A DNA stretch of 63,105 nucleotides from a bacterium (GTDB lineage Bacteria; Sysuimicrobiota; Sysuimicrobiia; Sysuimicrobiales; Kaftiobacteriaceae). Within the stretch, counting starts at the first letter, position 1. Every line of letters begins with the position of its first letter. Shown piece by piece: positions 19,687-27,568 of this stretch. A program made the translations under genes and the position numbers. Location of the stretch: assembly GCA_036393975.1 (NCBI GenBank), contig DASWFZ010000008.1, forward strand, positions 1 through 63,105. Reading direction: 5' to 3'. Under the pieces are notes generated by a model. The model was not told the DNA's origin. It worked only from the letters and a program-made list of their open reading frames with translations, and did no database searches.

Positions 19687-19893
19687 AGTCGCTCGGTGCG
19701 ATTCGCCTCCTGGCAAACGTTCCCCTCGTGGCATACTCCACGACTGCTCCGCCCACATCGCGGAGCACCGCTCGCCTCTCCCCTGCGATAACGCCCGGGC
19801 AAGGCGTAATCATCCCCGCGCATCTGAGGGATTTTTGCGCTCCGCCCGCAGGGGGTCGATGTCGAACAGGACGAACGGAAATCCCCAGGTCTG

Positions 19894-20736
19894 ATGGTGA
19901 GTCTCTCCTGGCGAGATGTAACCCAGTACCGAGTTGCGCTTCTGGCCGCCCACCGTGTGCGCACTAAAAGGGCGGCCCTTGCCTTCGTGGATCGCGTCGG
20001 GTTCTGCTACGCCTTCACCGGCGGGCCGGGTGGTCTGCCCGGGCTGTTCGACGTCCTCGCGACCCGCAGCATTGACCGTAAGTGGGAGTGGGCCTGGCAG
20101 TGGAAAGATGACCTCGCCAGCGACAAGAAGCTCTTCTATGGAAAGGTCATCCGCCGCAAGCCGACCTATGTTTCGCTCCGCTACGTCCCCTATTTCTACG
20201 CGCTCACCGGAAACGTGGGCGCACATGACGACCATCTTCAGGCCTACCGGGAAGGCCGTCTCAGCCTGCTGGCCAAGGACATTTACGAGTATCTGCGTGC
20301 GCATGGGACCTGTTCGACTGGGACCCTCCGCCGGCTGTTCGTGACCCGTGGCGGGGTGGGGGCGGCGTTTCACCGCGCGCTGGCCGACCTGCAGAACCAC
20401 CTTCTTATTGGCAAAGTGGCCGAAAGCAAAGGGGGGACTTACAGCTTTATCTGGGATACCTTTGACCGTTGGCTTCCCCAGAGCATTCGCACCGCCGCCC
20501 GGATCACAGGCGCGCAAGCGGCTGCGCACATCTTGGCGCGCTACCTTCAAACAACGGGCGCGATCCCGATCTCCCAGATCGCTCGGCTGTTTGACTGGCC
20601 GCCGCCACTGGTGGCGGACGCGGAACGGGCGCTCGCTGGGACAGTGGTGCGCGTACCCATCGATGGAGAGGTCACCCTCGCCCACGTGGACGCGATAGCC
20701 CACCGTCTCCCCAGCAAAGGCGCATGGCGACGATGA
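19894..20736 (+). CDS. Conserved hypothetical protein, possibly winged-helix (AlkZ-related?). Its stop overlaps the dinB start.
   Basis: Balanced amino-acid composition (W/Y/K/D-rich: RKWEWAWQWKDDLASDKKLFYGKVIRRKPTYVSLRYVPYFYAL), unlike the Arg-rich antisense ORF 19810..20985. The family assignment is from memory only. Confidence 0.55.
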   Translation: MVSLSWRDVTQYRVALLAAHRVRTKRAALAFVDRVGFCYAFTGGPGGLPGLFDVLATRSIDRKWEWAWQWKDDLASDKKLFYGKVIRRKPTYVSLRYVPYFYALTGNVGAHDDHLQAYREGRLSLLAKDIYEYLRAHGTCSTGTLRRLFVTRGGVGAAFHRALADLQNHLLIGKVAESKGGTYSFIWDTFDRWLPQSIRTAARITGAQAAAHILARYLQTTGAIPISQIARLFDWPPPLVADAERALAGTVVRVPIDGEVTLAHVDAIAHRLPSKGAWRR

Positions 20737-21812
20737 TCCGCCGGATCTTCCACGTCGACATGGACGCTTTCTTTGCGGCAATCGAACAACGGCGCCGACC
20801 ATTTCTGCGTGGCAAGCCGGTCGTCGTCGGAGGGTCCGGGAACCCGCACAGCCGCGGCGTAGTGTCGACCGCATCGTATGAAGCGCGCGCGTATGGGATT
20901 CACTCCGCGATGCCGCTGCGCGTCGCGTATCGGAAGTGCCCCAAGGCCATCTTCCTGCCTGTCGACTTTGACGCGTACGTCGCATCCTCGCGCCAAATCA
21001 TGGCGATTCTCCGCTCCTACACGCCGCAGGTCGAGCCGCTCTCATTAGACGAGGCTTTTCTCGACGTCAGCGCACGCCCCGAGCCCCCGCGGGCGCTTGC
21101 CGAGACGATCCGACGTGCCATTACCGAGCAAACCGGGCTGACTGCCTCGATTGGCATCGGTCCGAACAAGCTGCTTGCCAAAATTGCCTCAGGTCTCCAC
21201 AAACCGGATGCTGTCACCGAAATCACAGTGGAAACGGCGCCGCAGATGCTGCGCGATCTGCCCGCGACAGTGCTGTGGGGGGTCGGGCCCAAGACCGGCG
21301 CCCGCCTGGAATCCGCCCTCGGCGTGCACACAGTGGGGGATCTAGAACGCGTCCCGCTAGAGACCCTGCAGGATCTGCTGGGACCGCGGTGGGGGGAGTC
21401 TTTGTATCACGTCTGCCGCGGAGAAGACGACAGCCCGGTCGTCACGGACTGGGAGCCGAAGTCCCTCAGTCGGGAGACGACGTATCAGTCTGACGTGCGC
21501 CGCCGGGAGAAGATTGTGGAGACAATCCGTGAGCTCGCAGACGATGTCGCCAGCGAACTGCGCGGGGAGGGCTATCGGGGGCGGACGATCACACTGAAAA
21601 TTCGCTACCACGACTTCCAGACTCACACCCGCGCCCAGACGCTCGATCAGTCGACGGATGACCCTGAGACGATCCGCCAGTTGGCGATCGCACTGTTGGA
21701 CCGGTTTACGCTTGACCGGTCGGTCCGGCTGGTGGGCGTGCGCGTGTCGGGGTTGGCGAAATCGGCCGCGGCGACGCCGGAGACCCCTTCCCCACCTCCA
21801 TCCTCCGGCTGA
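20733..21812 (+). CDS. dinB: DNA polymerase IV (Y-family)
   Basis: IFHVDMDAFFAAIEQ, SYEARAYGIHSAMP, LSLDEAFLDV and GIGPNKLLAKIAS. ATGA overlap with the upstream stop (an alternative ATG exists at 20724). Confidence 0.9.
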   Translation: MIRRIFHVDMDAFFAAIEQRRRPFLRGKPVVVGGSGNPHSRGVVSTASYEARAYGIHSAMPLRVAYRKCPKAIFLPVDFDAYVASSRQIMAILRSYTPQVEPLSLDEAFLDVSARPEPPRALAETIRRAITEQTGLTASIGIGPNKLLAKIASGLHKPDAVTEITVETAPQMLRDLPATVLWGVGPKTGARLESALGVHTVGDLERVPLETLQDLLGPRWGESLYHVCRGEDDSPVVTDWEPKSLSRETTYQSDVRRREKIVETIRELADDVASELRGEGYRGRTITLKIRYHDFQTHTRAQTLDQSTDDPETIRQLAIALLDRFTLDRSVRLVGVRVSGLAKSAAATPETPSPPPSSG

Positions 21813-21829
21813 CCCGGGGACGGGTAGAG

Positions 21830-22306
21830 CTACGCCGCGAGCTTACGGACGGCGGTTTCGACTTCCTGGTAGTTGGGTTCGACGCCGGCGTTGTCGGAGA
21901 CCCACTTGTATCTCACGGTCCCGGTCTTGTCCACGCCAAACACCGCGCGCTTCGCCACACCGGGCAACAGCCCGCCAACGAAGTTGGGATCCTCAATGCC
22001 AAACCTCCGCACCGCTTCCCGGTTGAAGTCGCTGAGCAGAGGGAAGTTGAGCCGTTGCTGCTCGGCGAAGACCTTCTGCGCGAAGGGGCTGTCGACGCTG
22101 ATCGCAAGCACTTGCGCCTTTATATCGTTAAACTTCGCCATGCTGTCGCGGAATGTGCACAACTCCTTGGTGCAGACACTGGTGAATGCACCGGGGAAGA
22201 AGACCAGTACAGTGGGCTTTCCCAGCAGTTCGGAGAGCTTCACCGGTTTGCGCTCAGCGTTCACCAGAGTGACATCGGGGACACGCTGGCCAACATCGAC
22301 TCCCAT
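21830..22306 (-). CDS. Peroxiredoxin (AhpC/TSA family)
   Basis: VLVFFPGAFTSVCTKELC active site. GGAGG lies upstream of ATG 22306. Confidence 0.85.
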   Translation of the reverse strand: MGVDVGQRVPDVTLVNAERKPVKLSELLGKPTVLVFFPGAFTSVCTKELCTFRDSMAKFNDIKAQVLAISVDSPFAQKVFAEQQRLNFPLLSDFNREAVRRFGIEDPNFVGGLLPGVAKRAVFGVDKTGTVRYKWVSDNAGVEPNYQEVETAVRKLAA

Positions 22307-22524
22307 TAGACACCTCCAACGTGACTGACAAGGCGCGGTGACCCTGGACACATCTCGGTGAACCGCAGACCATCCGGCGAGATGCGCACTGCATCCTCGT
22401 GCCCGTCGAAATGACTCAGTTCGCAGGCCATTATAGCAGAAGCGCGCCGGGGTCACCGCGTGGAGCAGGAGCTCTTCTCCGCCACGCGAACACACAGCCA
22501 GTCCTCTGAACTCTCGCGTCCTCG

Positions 22525-22957
22525 ATGACACGCATTAAAGACCCGTCTGCTGCGGCTGAAGCTGAAACAGAACTGCCCTGGCTGCGGCGCTACATCCCTC
22601 TTACGCGACGCGTGGCCGCTGGTCTTTTTTCTAGCGAATGCGGGCCACTCCAGCCTCGAGATCGACACTTCGGCCCTGCGACGGTACCCGACGCGTGAGG
22701 TTCGCCCGGCAATCGAGGAGGTCACTGTCGAGGGGAGGACCGTCTACCTGCTGGCTAACGGCGCGCTGTTGAATCTGGCCGCCGGATTCGGCGACCCCGT
22801 AGACGCTTTCGATCTCACTTCGGCGCTGATGCTGGCGGGGATCGAGTTCATGGTCCAGCGCCATGCCGCCTTCCCGGCGGGGATCCATCTCCTGCCCTCC
22901 GAGGTCCAGCACCGCGTTGCCGTCCTCGCCGTTGGACCGCTGAGCCCGTCGCCATGA
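22525..22957 (+). pseudogene. ahcY: Adenosylhomocysteinase remnant: about 30 N-terminal codons joined, out of frame, to about 110 C-terminal codons
   Basis: Frame 1 from ATG 22525 reads MTRIKDPSAAAEAETELPWLRRYIPLTRR, matching the AhcY N-terminus pattern W..RYMPL. Frame 2 from about 22619 reads LVFFLANAGHSSLEIDTSAL...GRTVYLLANGALLNLAAGFGDPVDAFDLTSALMLAGIEFMV...GIHLLPSEVQHRVAVLAVGPL, matching the AhcY C-terminus LANAGHF..EI ... LLAEGRLVNLAAG.GHP ... LP...DE.VA. The whole NAD/catalytic core between the two parts is missing. Confidence 0.7.
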
Positions 22958-23060
22958 GTCACATCGGACCGGCGCTCCCCGGAGGCCATACGCTGTGCTT
23001 GACGCTGGCGCGGGGCCGGCCGATCATGGGGACGTTGCACCGCCCTCCCCGCGAGCGCAC

Positions 23061-24452
23061 ATGAGCGAACCCTACCCTTCCTTCGGTTTTGTGACCCCAC
23101 AGAACATGGGGCTCATGACCGACCTGTACGAGCTAGTGATGATCGACAGCTACCTCCACCAGGGCCTGAACGAGCCGGCGACGTTTGACCTGTTTATCCG
23201 TGGGCTCCCCGCCAATCGGTCCTTCCTGGTCAATGCCGGGCTGGAGTCAGTACTGTACTACTTAGAACACCTCCGGTTTGACCAGGACCAGATCGCCTAT
23301 TTGGCGGGGCTGCGCTTGTTCAGCGAGGAGTTCCTCACGTACTTGCGCACCTTCCGCTTCAGTGGGGAGGTGTGGGCGATCCCGGAAGGCGAGCTGGTGT
23401 TCGCCATGGAGCCGCTGGTGGAGGTCACCGCCCCGCGGATTGAAGCGCAGCTCGTGGAAACGTTCCTCCTGAATGTGCTGAGCTTCCAGGTGATGATCGC
23501 CTCCAAAGCCGCGCGCGTGGTCCTGGCGGCTGCAGGCCGTGGGGTGGTCGACTTCTCGCCGCGCCGCGATCACGCGACCGACGCGGCCATGAAGGTCGCC
23601 CGAGCTTCATACGTGGCGGGGTGCATCGGCACGTCCAATGTTCTCGCCGGGATGTACTACGGCATCCCCGTCTACGGCACCATGGCCCATTCGTACATCA
23701 TGTCCTTCAGCGACGAGCTGACGGCATTCCGCGCGTTTGCCCGAGACTTCCCCCAGAACGCCACCTTTTTGATCGACACGTATGACACCATTCAGGGCGC
23801 CCATCACGCCGTCACCGTGGCCCGCGAGATGGCTGCGCGGGGCCAGCGGCTGCGGGGAGTGCGGATTGACAGTTACGAGAACATTGAGGACCTGGCGGCC
23901 CTCAGTCGTCGGGTGCGGGCAATTTTCGTTGCCGCGGGGCTATCGGAGGTCGAGATTCTGCTGTCCAGCGACTTGGACGAGTACCGCATTGCCGACCTGC
24001 TGGCCCACGGCGGTGTCGCGAATGCCTTCGGAGTCGGCACCCGGATGGGAACCTCCGAGGACGCGCCGAGCCTGGGCGGCGTCTACAAACTCGTTGAAGA
24101 CACCGCGGGACCCAAGATCAAACTGTCCACCGGCAAGGCGACGCTACCTGGCCGCAAGCAGGTGTGGCGCACGCAGACGGACAGCGGCGCCCTCACCGAC
24201 ATGATCGCGCTGCGGGATGAGAAGCGACCGGAGGGGATGACGCCTCTGCTGGGGCAGGTTATGGCCCGCGGGCAGACCCTTCGGCAGGATTCGCTCGACG
24301 CGATCCGGCAGCGCTGCCGAGGCCGCCTGCAGGGGCTGCCGCCGGCCTGGCGGACGCTCCATGCGCCTGCGTTCCCCTCGCCCGTGGGTCTGAGTCCGGG
24401 TTTGCAGAAGCTGCGGGACCAGATGCATCACGTTCCGCGATCGTCGGAGTGA
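23061..24452 (+). CDS. pncB: Nicotinate phosphoribosyltransferase
   Basis: LMTDLYELVMIDSY, GTSNVLAGMYYGIPVYGTMAHSYIMSF and LIDTYDT. Confidence 0.85.
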   Translation: MSEPYPSFGFVTPQNMGLMTDLYELVMIDSYLHQGLNEPATFDLFIRGLPANRSFLVNAGLESVLYYLEHLRFDQDQIAYLAGLRLFSEEFLTYLRTFRFSGEVWAIPEGELVFAMEPLVEVTAPRIEAQLVETFLLNVLSFQVMIASKAARVVLAAAGRGVVDFSPRRDHATDAAMKVARASYVAGCIGTSNVLAGMYYGIPVYGTMAHSYIMSFSDELTAFRAFARDFPQNATFLIDTYDTIQGAHHAVTVAREMAARGQRLRGVRIDSYENIEDLAALSRRVRAIFVAAGLSEVEILLSSDLDEYRIADLLAHGGVANAFGVGTRMGTSEDAPSLGGVYKLVEDTAGPKIKLSTGKATLPGRKQVWRTQTDSGALTDMIALRDEKRPEGMTPLLGQVMARGQTLRQDSLDAIRQRCRGRLQGLPPAWRTLHAPAFPSPVGLSPGLQKLRDQMHHVPRSSE

Positions 24453-24478
24453 CCGTCCTTGGGATCAGCACAGGCGCC

Positions 24479-24522
24479 CAAAAAAGAAACACGGCGACGA
24501 GGGCAAATCCCCGTCGCCGTGT
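24479..24522 (-). terminator. Intrinsic terminator for a minus-strand transcript
   Basis: 11-bp stem ACACGGCGACG (24489-99) / CGTCGCCGTGT (24512-22). On the minus strand it is followed by TTTCTTTTTTG. Confidence 0.6.
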
Positions 24523-24548
24523 GCGAGCCGATGCTCGCGTTCGTGCTT

Positions 24549-24581
24549 CTATCGCTTCTTTTTGGCCTTCTTCTTCGCCAC
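24549..24581 (-). CDS. Candidate micro-ORF encoding MAKKKAKKKR (10 aa). An in-frame ATG at 24602 would give 17 aa, MRKRRLPVAKKKAKKKR.
   Basis: AAAGGAGG lies 6 nt upstream of the GTG (24581..24579). Stop TAG at 24551..24549. The terminator hairpin begins 26 nt downstream. Confidence 0.25.
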   Translation of the reverse strand: MAKKKAKKKR

Positions 24582-24803
24582 GGGAAGCCTCCTTTTGCGC
24601 ATTCGCGCCGAGCGACACCATGCTCGCTCGCGCCGCTGCGCTCGTGATCGCGCGCTGTTCACTGGCCGAGCGCACGGGTGCTCACTGATGAGGTGCACCG
24701 CCCGCATCGCACCGGATGCGAGGGTTCGTTGGATTGATGGGATGCGACATCGATCCACTGTTCTCCTGCTTCGCGCGAAAAAATTTTGGTACAGTGAGTG
24801 ACG

Positions 24804-25643
24804 ATGACGCCGCCGGAGATCCGTCGCATCACCGACTCCGGTGGATTGCGCGGGATCGAAGATCTGCAACGAGACGTGTGGGGGATGCCCGATCGCGAGA
24901 TCATCCCCGTGCACCAACTCCTCGCCGCAGTGGCCGCCGGAGGCAACGTGCTCGGCGCATTCGATCACACGGGAGCACTGCTCGGATTCTGCTACGGACT
25001 GGTCGGGATGCGTGCGGGCAAACTCTTCTTCTACTCCCACATGGCGGGAGTGCGGACCGGATTTCAGAATCACCACATTGGATTCCTGCTCAAGCGCGCG
25101 CAGCGCCAAACAGCCCTAGACCAAGGGTTGGACTGGATGATGTGGACCTTCGACCCCTTACAAAGTCTGAACGCGGCGTTTAATCTCCGCAAGCTGGGGG
25201 CCACGGCCCACCGCTACTATGTGGATTACTATGGAGAGATGGCAGACGAGATCAACCGCGGGATGCCGACCGATCGATTAGAAGTCGACTGGTGGCTGCG
25301 CGACCCCCGGGTCGACGCTGCGCTGACAGAGACGGCGGCGCCGCGGTCGTGGCCCGCGGTCCCACCCGCGTTACGCGGGATTGCCCGAGGGGAGATCGTC
25401 ATTCCCGAGACCCCGGCGCTGGACCTCGCCGGACCTATCATTCGGATTGATATTCCCAGCACCATTGGGGAACTGAAGGCCACTCACCCCGATATCGCCC
25501 TGGCCTGGCGGCTGGCCTCGCGTCAAGCCTTCGTCCACTACTTCCATCGCGGCTACCGCGCCATCGACTTCGTGGGCCAGCGGAGCGCCGCCACGGGATC
25601 CTACATCCTCGAACGCCAAGCGGGGGAAGGGACATCGGTGTGA
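24804..25643 (+). CDS. GNAT-like acyltransferase of the family found next to N-succinylamino-acid racemases
   Basis: About 280 aa, with LLGFCYGLVG...YSHMAGVRTGFQNHHIGFLLKRAQR...WTFDPLQSLNAAFNLRKLGA. Its stop overlaps the next gene's GTG (GTGA). Confidence 0.7.
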   Translation: MTPPEIRRITDSGGLRGIEDLQRDVWGMPDREIIPVHQLLAAVAAGGNVLGAFDHTGALLGFCYGLVGMRAGKLFFYSHMAGVRTGFQNHHIGFLLKRAQRQTALDQGLDWMMWTFDPLQSLNAAFNLRKLGATAHRYYVDYYGEMADEINRGMPTDRLEVDWWLRDPRVDAALTETAAPRSWPAVPPALRGIARGEIVIPETPALDLAGPIIRIDIPSTIGELKATHPDIALAWRLASRQAFVHYFHRGYRAIDFVGQRSAATGSYILERQAGEGTSV

Positions 25644-26749
25644 GAATCCGCCGCGCCGAGGTGCGGCAGGTCAACCTGCCCCTGGTGTTCCCCTTTGAAA
25701 CTAGTTTTGGGCGGCAGGAGAGCCACTCGTGCCTGCTCGTGCGGCTGACCGCCGACGGTCAAGAGGGATGGGGAGAGGTTCCCGTGGAGACCGCACCGCT
25801 GTACAACGAGGAAACCACGGGCACCGCGTGGCACATCCTGGAGCAGTTCATTCTCCCCCCGGTTGTCGGCCACGAGATCGCCCACCCCCGTGACTTCCCG
25901 CCGCTAGTCCGCCGGTTGCGACGCCATCACATGGCCAAAGCGGGAGTGGAGGCCGCTCTGTGGGACCTGTTCAGTAAGCTCCAAGCGATGTCGCTAGCGC
26001 GGGTGTTGGGCGGTACCAAAACATCGGTCGAGGTCGGCGTGAGCCTCGGGATCGAACCGTCGATCGATGCGCTTTTGCAGCGCATCAGCGACTTTCTCCG
26101 GCGGGGGTACCGGCGCGTCAAGATCAAGATCAAACCGGGATGGGACGTGCAGGTCACGCGGGAGGTGCGCCGGGCGTTCGGACCCATCCGGCTGCAGGTC
26201 GATGCCAATTCCGCGTACACGCTGACGGAGGCGAGCGTCTTTCGTGAGATAGACGCGTTGGACTTACTGCTCATCGAACAGCCGTTGGGCGAAGACGACA
26301 TCGTCGACCACGCCGCGCTACAAGCGCAGCTGCACACCCCCCTGTGCCTGGATGAGTCTATCGTCGGCCCCGATGACGCGCGCAAGGCCATCCAGCTGGG
26401 TAGCTGCCGCGTGATCAACATCAAGGCGGCGCGCCTGGGTGGGTTGGGGGCGGCCATCGCCACCCATGACATCTGCCAACAGCATGGCATTCCGGTGTGG
26501 TGTGGGGGGCTCTTGGAGACTGGCATTGGCCGGGCCGCCAACCTTGCCCTGGCGTCTCTGCCCAACTTTCGGCTCCCCAGCGACCTGTCGGCCAGCGATC
26601 GCTACTATCACGAAGACCTCATCGACCCGCCGGTTGTCCTGAACAACGACGGAACCGTCAGCGTGCCGACCTCCACCGGTTTGGGGGTAACCGTGAGGCT
26701 CGACCGGATCGACAAGTACACCGTGAAGCAGGCCACTGTCGAGGCTTAG
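25640..26749 (+). CDS. o-Succinylbenzoate synthase / N-acylamino-acid racemase family (enolase superfamily, MenC-like)
   Basis: FETSFG, KIKIKPGWD, LQVDANSAY, IEQPL, LCLDES and INIKAARLGG. Confidence 0.85.
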   Translation: MRIRRAEVRQVNLPLVFPFETSFGRQESHSCLLVRLTADGQEGWGEVPVETAPLYNEETTGTAWHILEQFILPPVVGHEIAHPRDFPPLVRRLRRHHMAKAGVEAALWDLFSKLQAMSLARVLGGTKTSVEVGVSLGIEPSIDALLQRISDFLRRGYRRVKIKIKPGWDVQVTREVRRAFGPIRLQVDANSAYTLTEASVFREIDALDLLLIEQPLGEDDIVDHAALQAQLHTPLCLDESIVGPDDARKAIQLGSCRVINIKAARLGGLGAAIATHDICQQHGIPVWCGGLLETGIGRAANLALASLPNFRLPSDLSASDRYYHEDLIDPPVVLNNDGTVSVPTSTGLGVTVRLDRIDKYTVKQATVEA

Positions 26750-26833
26750 GACTCTCGCCCGCAGAACGCAGCAGTCCACGACCGACCTCTCTCCATCCCG
26801 GACGGCTGCGGTGCTCTACCTCTCCCCCAATTC

Positions 26834-26861
26834 TTGACAGAGATCCCCTCCATGTTATGAT
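26834..26861 (+). promoter_or_regulatory. Sigma-70-like promoter TTGACA-16 nt-TATGAT
   Basis: TTGACA at 26834-39 and TATGAT at 26856-61. A near-consensus promoter stands out in a GC-rich genome. Confidence 0.45.
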
Positions 26862-26894
26862 GACTATGCAATCGGTCTTCGATGAGAGGCCACG

Positions 26895-26929
26895 ACGCCT
26901 CCGCGATACGCGGAGGCGTTTTGCGTTTT
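26895..26929 (+). terminator. Intrinsic terminator / attenuator hairpin
   Basis: ACGCCTCCGCG-ATA-CGCGGAGGCGT (11-bp perfect stem, 26895-26919) followed by TTTGCGTTTT. Confidence 0.65.
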
Positions 26930-26940
26930 CGGAGGGACAC

Positions 26941-27090
26941 ATGGACGAGCACAAGGATCCAATGGCGTTGTGGGTTGGGGCCTGGACACCCCGAGACGTA
27001 ATTGATCGGGAAGTGCAGCGGCTCACTCCCCCCACCCCAGACGCGCCAACATCCGAGCCCACCAGCGAGCGCGAACCGAGTCCGTCGTAG
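26941..27090 (+). CDS. Hypothetical small protein (49 aa), MDEHKDPMALWVGAWTPRDVIDREVQRLTPPTPDAPTSEPTSEREPSPS
   Basis: GGAGGG lies 4-5 nt upstream of ATG 26941. The same frame is open back to ATG 26866, just after the promoter. Confidence 0.35.
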   Translation: MDEHKDPMALWVGAWTPRDVIDREVQRLTPPTPDAPTSEPTSEREPSPS

Positions 27091-27198
27091 TCGGCAAGCA
27101 CCCTCGCGACCACCGCGCATCGACCAGCCCTCCGCGCGCGCTGTGTTATGGAGCGGATCTGTTGAAGGACTCCGGCGCCCGCATTTCCCCCGTGGAAT

Positions 27199-27226
27199 TT
27201 GACCGCCTCTGGGGGCGTGGTACAAT
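27199..27226 (+). promoter_or_regulatory. Promoter TTGACC-16 nt-TGgTACAAT, ending 9 nt before the ATG of the next gene
   Basis: TTGACC at 27199-204 and extended -10 TGGTACAAT at 27218-26. ATG at 27236, with no SD in between. Confidence 0.5.
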
Positions 27227-27235
27227 CAATCCGCG

Positions 27236-27568
27236 ATGAGCACACTCAGTGAGGGCGACGCACTGACACGCGAGCAGGTTATTGAGATGCTGCGCGCCAT
27301 CTACGACCCGGAGATCCCGGTGAACATCTGGGACCTGGGGCTCATCTACGATCTGCAGATCTCGGGTTACGATGTCGCCATCAAGATGACGTTGACGGCG
27401 GTCGGGTGCCCCGTCGGTCCGGCGATCGCCGGAGAGATCGAGAACAAACTTATGTCCATCGGCGCAGAACACGTCAAGACCGACTTCGTGTGGAGTCCGC
27501 CGTGGTCTCCCGAGCGGCTCTCCGATGATGGGCGTCTCGCCCTGCAAAGCATGGGCTACCCGGTGTAG
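27236..27568 (+). CDS. DUF59 / SufT-like Fe-S cluster assembly protein
   Basis: VIEMLRAIYDPEIPVNIWDLGLIYD ... MTLTAVGCPVGP. Confidence 0.8.
   Translation: MSTLSEGDALTREQVIEMLRAIYDPEIPVNIWDLGLIYDLQISGYDVAIKMTLTAVGCPVGPAIAGEIENKLMSIGAEHVKTDFVWSPPWSPERLSDDGRLALQSMGYPV

Noticed and set aside
19855-19885. A possible LexA/Cheo box (CGAACAGGACGAAC) upstream of the gene paired with dinB.
   Set aside because: The GAAC half-sites are direct repeats, not inverted (GAAC-N4-GTTC), so it does not match the Gram-positive SOS box.
19810-20985. A 391-aa minus-strand ORF covering the region upstream of dinB.
   Set aside because: Its composition is extremely Arg-rich and low in complexity. The plus-strand ORF has protein-like composition and is translationally coupled to dinB.
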